Part shown: piece by piece, positions 62,435 to 64,000 of the stretch
Numbering within the stretch: the first letter of the stretch is position 1
How the letters are laid out: each line of letters begins with the position of its first letter
Source of the DNA: Geosiphon pyriformis uo1
Taxonomy: Eukaryota; Fungi; Glomeromycota
Reading direction: 5' to 3'
Length of the DNA: 64,000 bases
Assembly (NCBI GenBank): GCA_016748015.1
Contig: JAAOMT010000303.1
Location: 248,001 to 312,000 of the forward strand
The notes under the pieces: generated by a model
The model's input: the letters and a program-made list of their open reading frames with translations, nothing else
The model's database searches: none
Told to the model about the DNA's origin: nothing
Made by a program: the position numbers and the translations under genes

Positions 62435-64000
62435 TGTTATGGTTAAAACTTATACTTTTTATTAGTTATTATATGTATTAGCCACTGATGTCACATAATT
62501 AGCCACCCTATTTTTAGATAATAATCATTGACTTGATTAATGACCTGACCATTAATTTAATTATTGACTTAATTATTGACCTAATCAATAATCTAATCAT
62601 TAATTTGATTATTAACCTAACTATTGACCTAGTCATTGACTACTTTTAATAACTATATAAATGATGAGTTTTTTAGTTATAAAAAAACATAATCAAAGTA
62701 ACAAAATAAAACCCACTATCAATTACTTTCTCTTATATTGCTTATTTACTTTTTTCTATCTTTAAGTATCTAAACATCTTGAAATAAAAGATTACTTGTT
62801 GGCATTTAAATACTTTATTTTTTCCCCTTCTTAATTTGTATTTGTTAGAATTAGCCTGAAAAGTAATTGCTTGCTCTTGTGATTTATTGAATAAAAAAAT
62901 AATTGAAAAGCACAATAATATCTGTTATTAATTCTAAGAATTGCCAAATAAGACATAAAATAATAGCAATAATATTATTTTGTTAATAATCACGAACTAT
63001 TCTTTTATCTTCAGATTTCCAAAAAAGATTCACAACTGTAATTTTTATAAGACTGATCACATACATTGAATTTTTACTTATTTAATTTACTCTCTTATTG
63101 TAATTTTCTCTTTGATTATTTCCATTATCTTACAATATTGTTTTCTCTTGCTATTTGTTAGCTTGTTATTCTAATCTGTAACATAAAAGTGATGTTTTCT
63201 GTAAGACTATCAAATTCTACTTTGTTTTTTATTGTATGAGTTATTATTCATACTTGCCACAACAATTATAAGAACATTTTAAAACACACAACAAAAATGA
63301 TCTAGACTTTATTGAATTCAATATTTTGTCTTCCTGATTGATTTGCTTCCCTATTGAAAAACAATCCAGTAGACAATTTCAAGACTTTTAGAACTGGTTC
63401 TTAAATAAGCATTCAGCTGAAATTTACACAGTTTATACAATCTATTACTTTGACCAAGCTTATTTTGAAGACAACTTTAAAAAAAGAAACAACAGCATTA
63501 ATCAGCTTTTATATTCCACAATTTTTGAACAACAGCCCTCTGATTTCGAATATCTGAATTACCAAATTCACATTTGGATTGCTGTTCATTAGCTAGTTAA
63601 AACTCTCTTTGAAACAGAAGAAAAAAGCTATCAAACTGCTTCTGTTTTTAATTCCTTTTTAAATAAATCAAAATATTTCATACAAACAGTTACTTCTGAA
63701 TCAATGGCTAATAATCTTATGCAACAAAACATTCTGGCCACCCTCCAAGACATACAAACTGCTTTAGGGCAAAGAAACAATATCCCATTATTTTTATTCA
63801 AAAGTAATACACAAAACCCAATTGAATAGTTAAATGATTTTGAAAAAGCAACCACTGTCAATTAATATGATGCTAAGTATAAGTTTCAAATTGTTGGTGG
63901 CTATCTCCAAAGCTCTCCTGCTATCTGGTTCTTACAAGAAACTAATGCTGGTGCTCACTAAAAAATCATTAGATAGATATCAACAAATGCTAAAGAAGAA
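62435..64000 (+). mobile_element. Family A Gypsy element, 5' portion (LTR 62435-63183, eroded PBS ~63190, gag start)
   Basis: Reverse-complement homologue of 5000-6396; gag KHFKTHNKNDLDFIEFN matches ORF 5381-5758. Confidence 0.92.
62525..62642. repeat. About ten copies of a 12-bp unit (TGACCTAATCAT-like) in LTR U3
   Basis: Direct reading; fewer copies at ~6285-6305 and ~44220-44280. Confidence 0.8.

Overview
Eukaryotic, AT-rich, repeat-dense fungal DNA. The elements and gene style suggest a Glomeromycotina/Mucoromycota genome such as Geosiphon (inference). About 90% of the window is nested, mutationally eroded retrotransposons. These comprise two complete Ty3/Gypsy LTR elements (8453-18667, 30404-40593), several partial or older Gypsy copies and solo LTRs from at least three LTR families, three APE-RT-RNase H LINEs and one LINE 3' relic. 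All elements are pseudogenised by pervasive C>T/G>A transitions. A CpG-retaining island (~54200-57200) holds two convergent spliced host genes, an Sfr1/Mei5 homologue and an Atos/FAM214 (DUF4210) homologue. The main observation is the Gypsy architecture. One Gag-PR-[Cys-rich]-dUTPase-RT-RNaseH frame stops at the same codon in four copies, five codons after the RNase H 'LSR' motif. A separately AUG-initiated integrase ORF follows, then a conserved non-env third ORF abutting the PPT. The elements share one tRNA primer site and make 4-bp TSDs.
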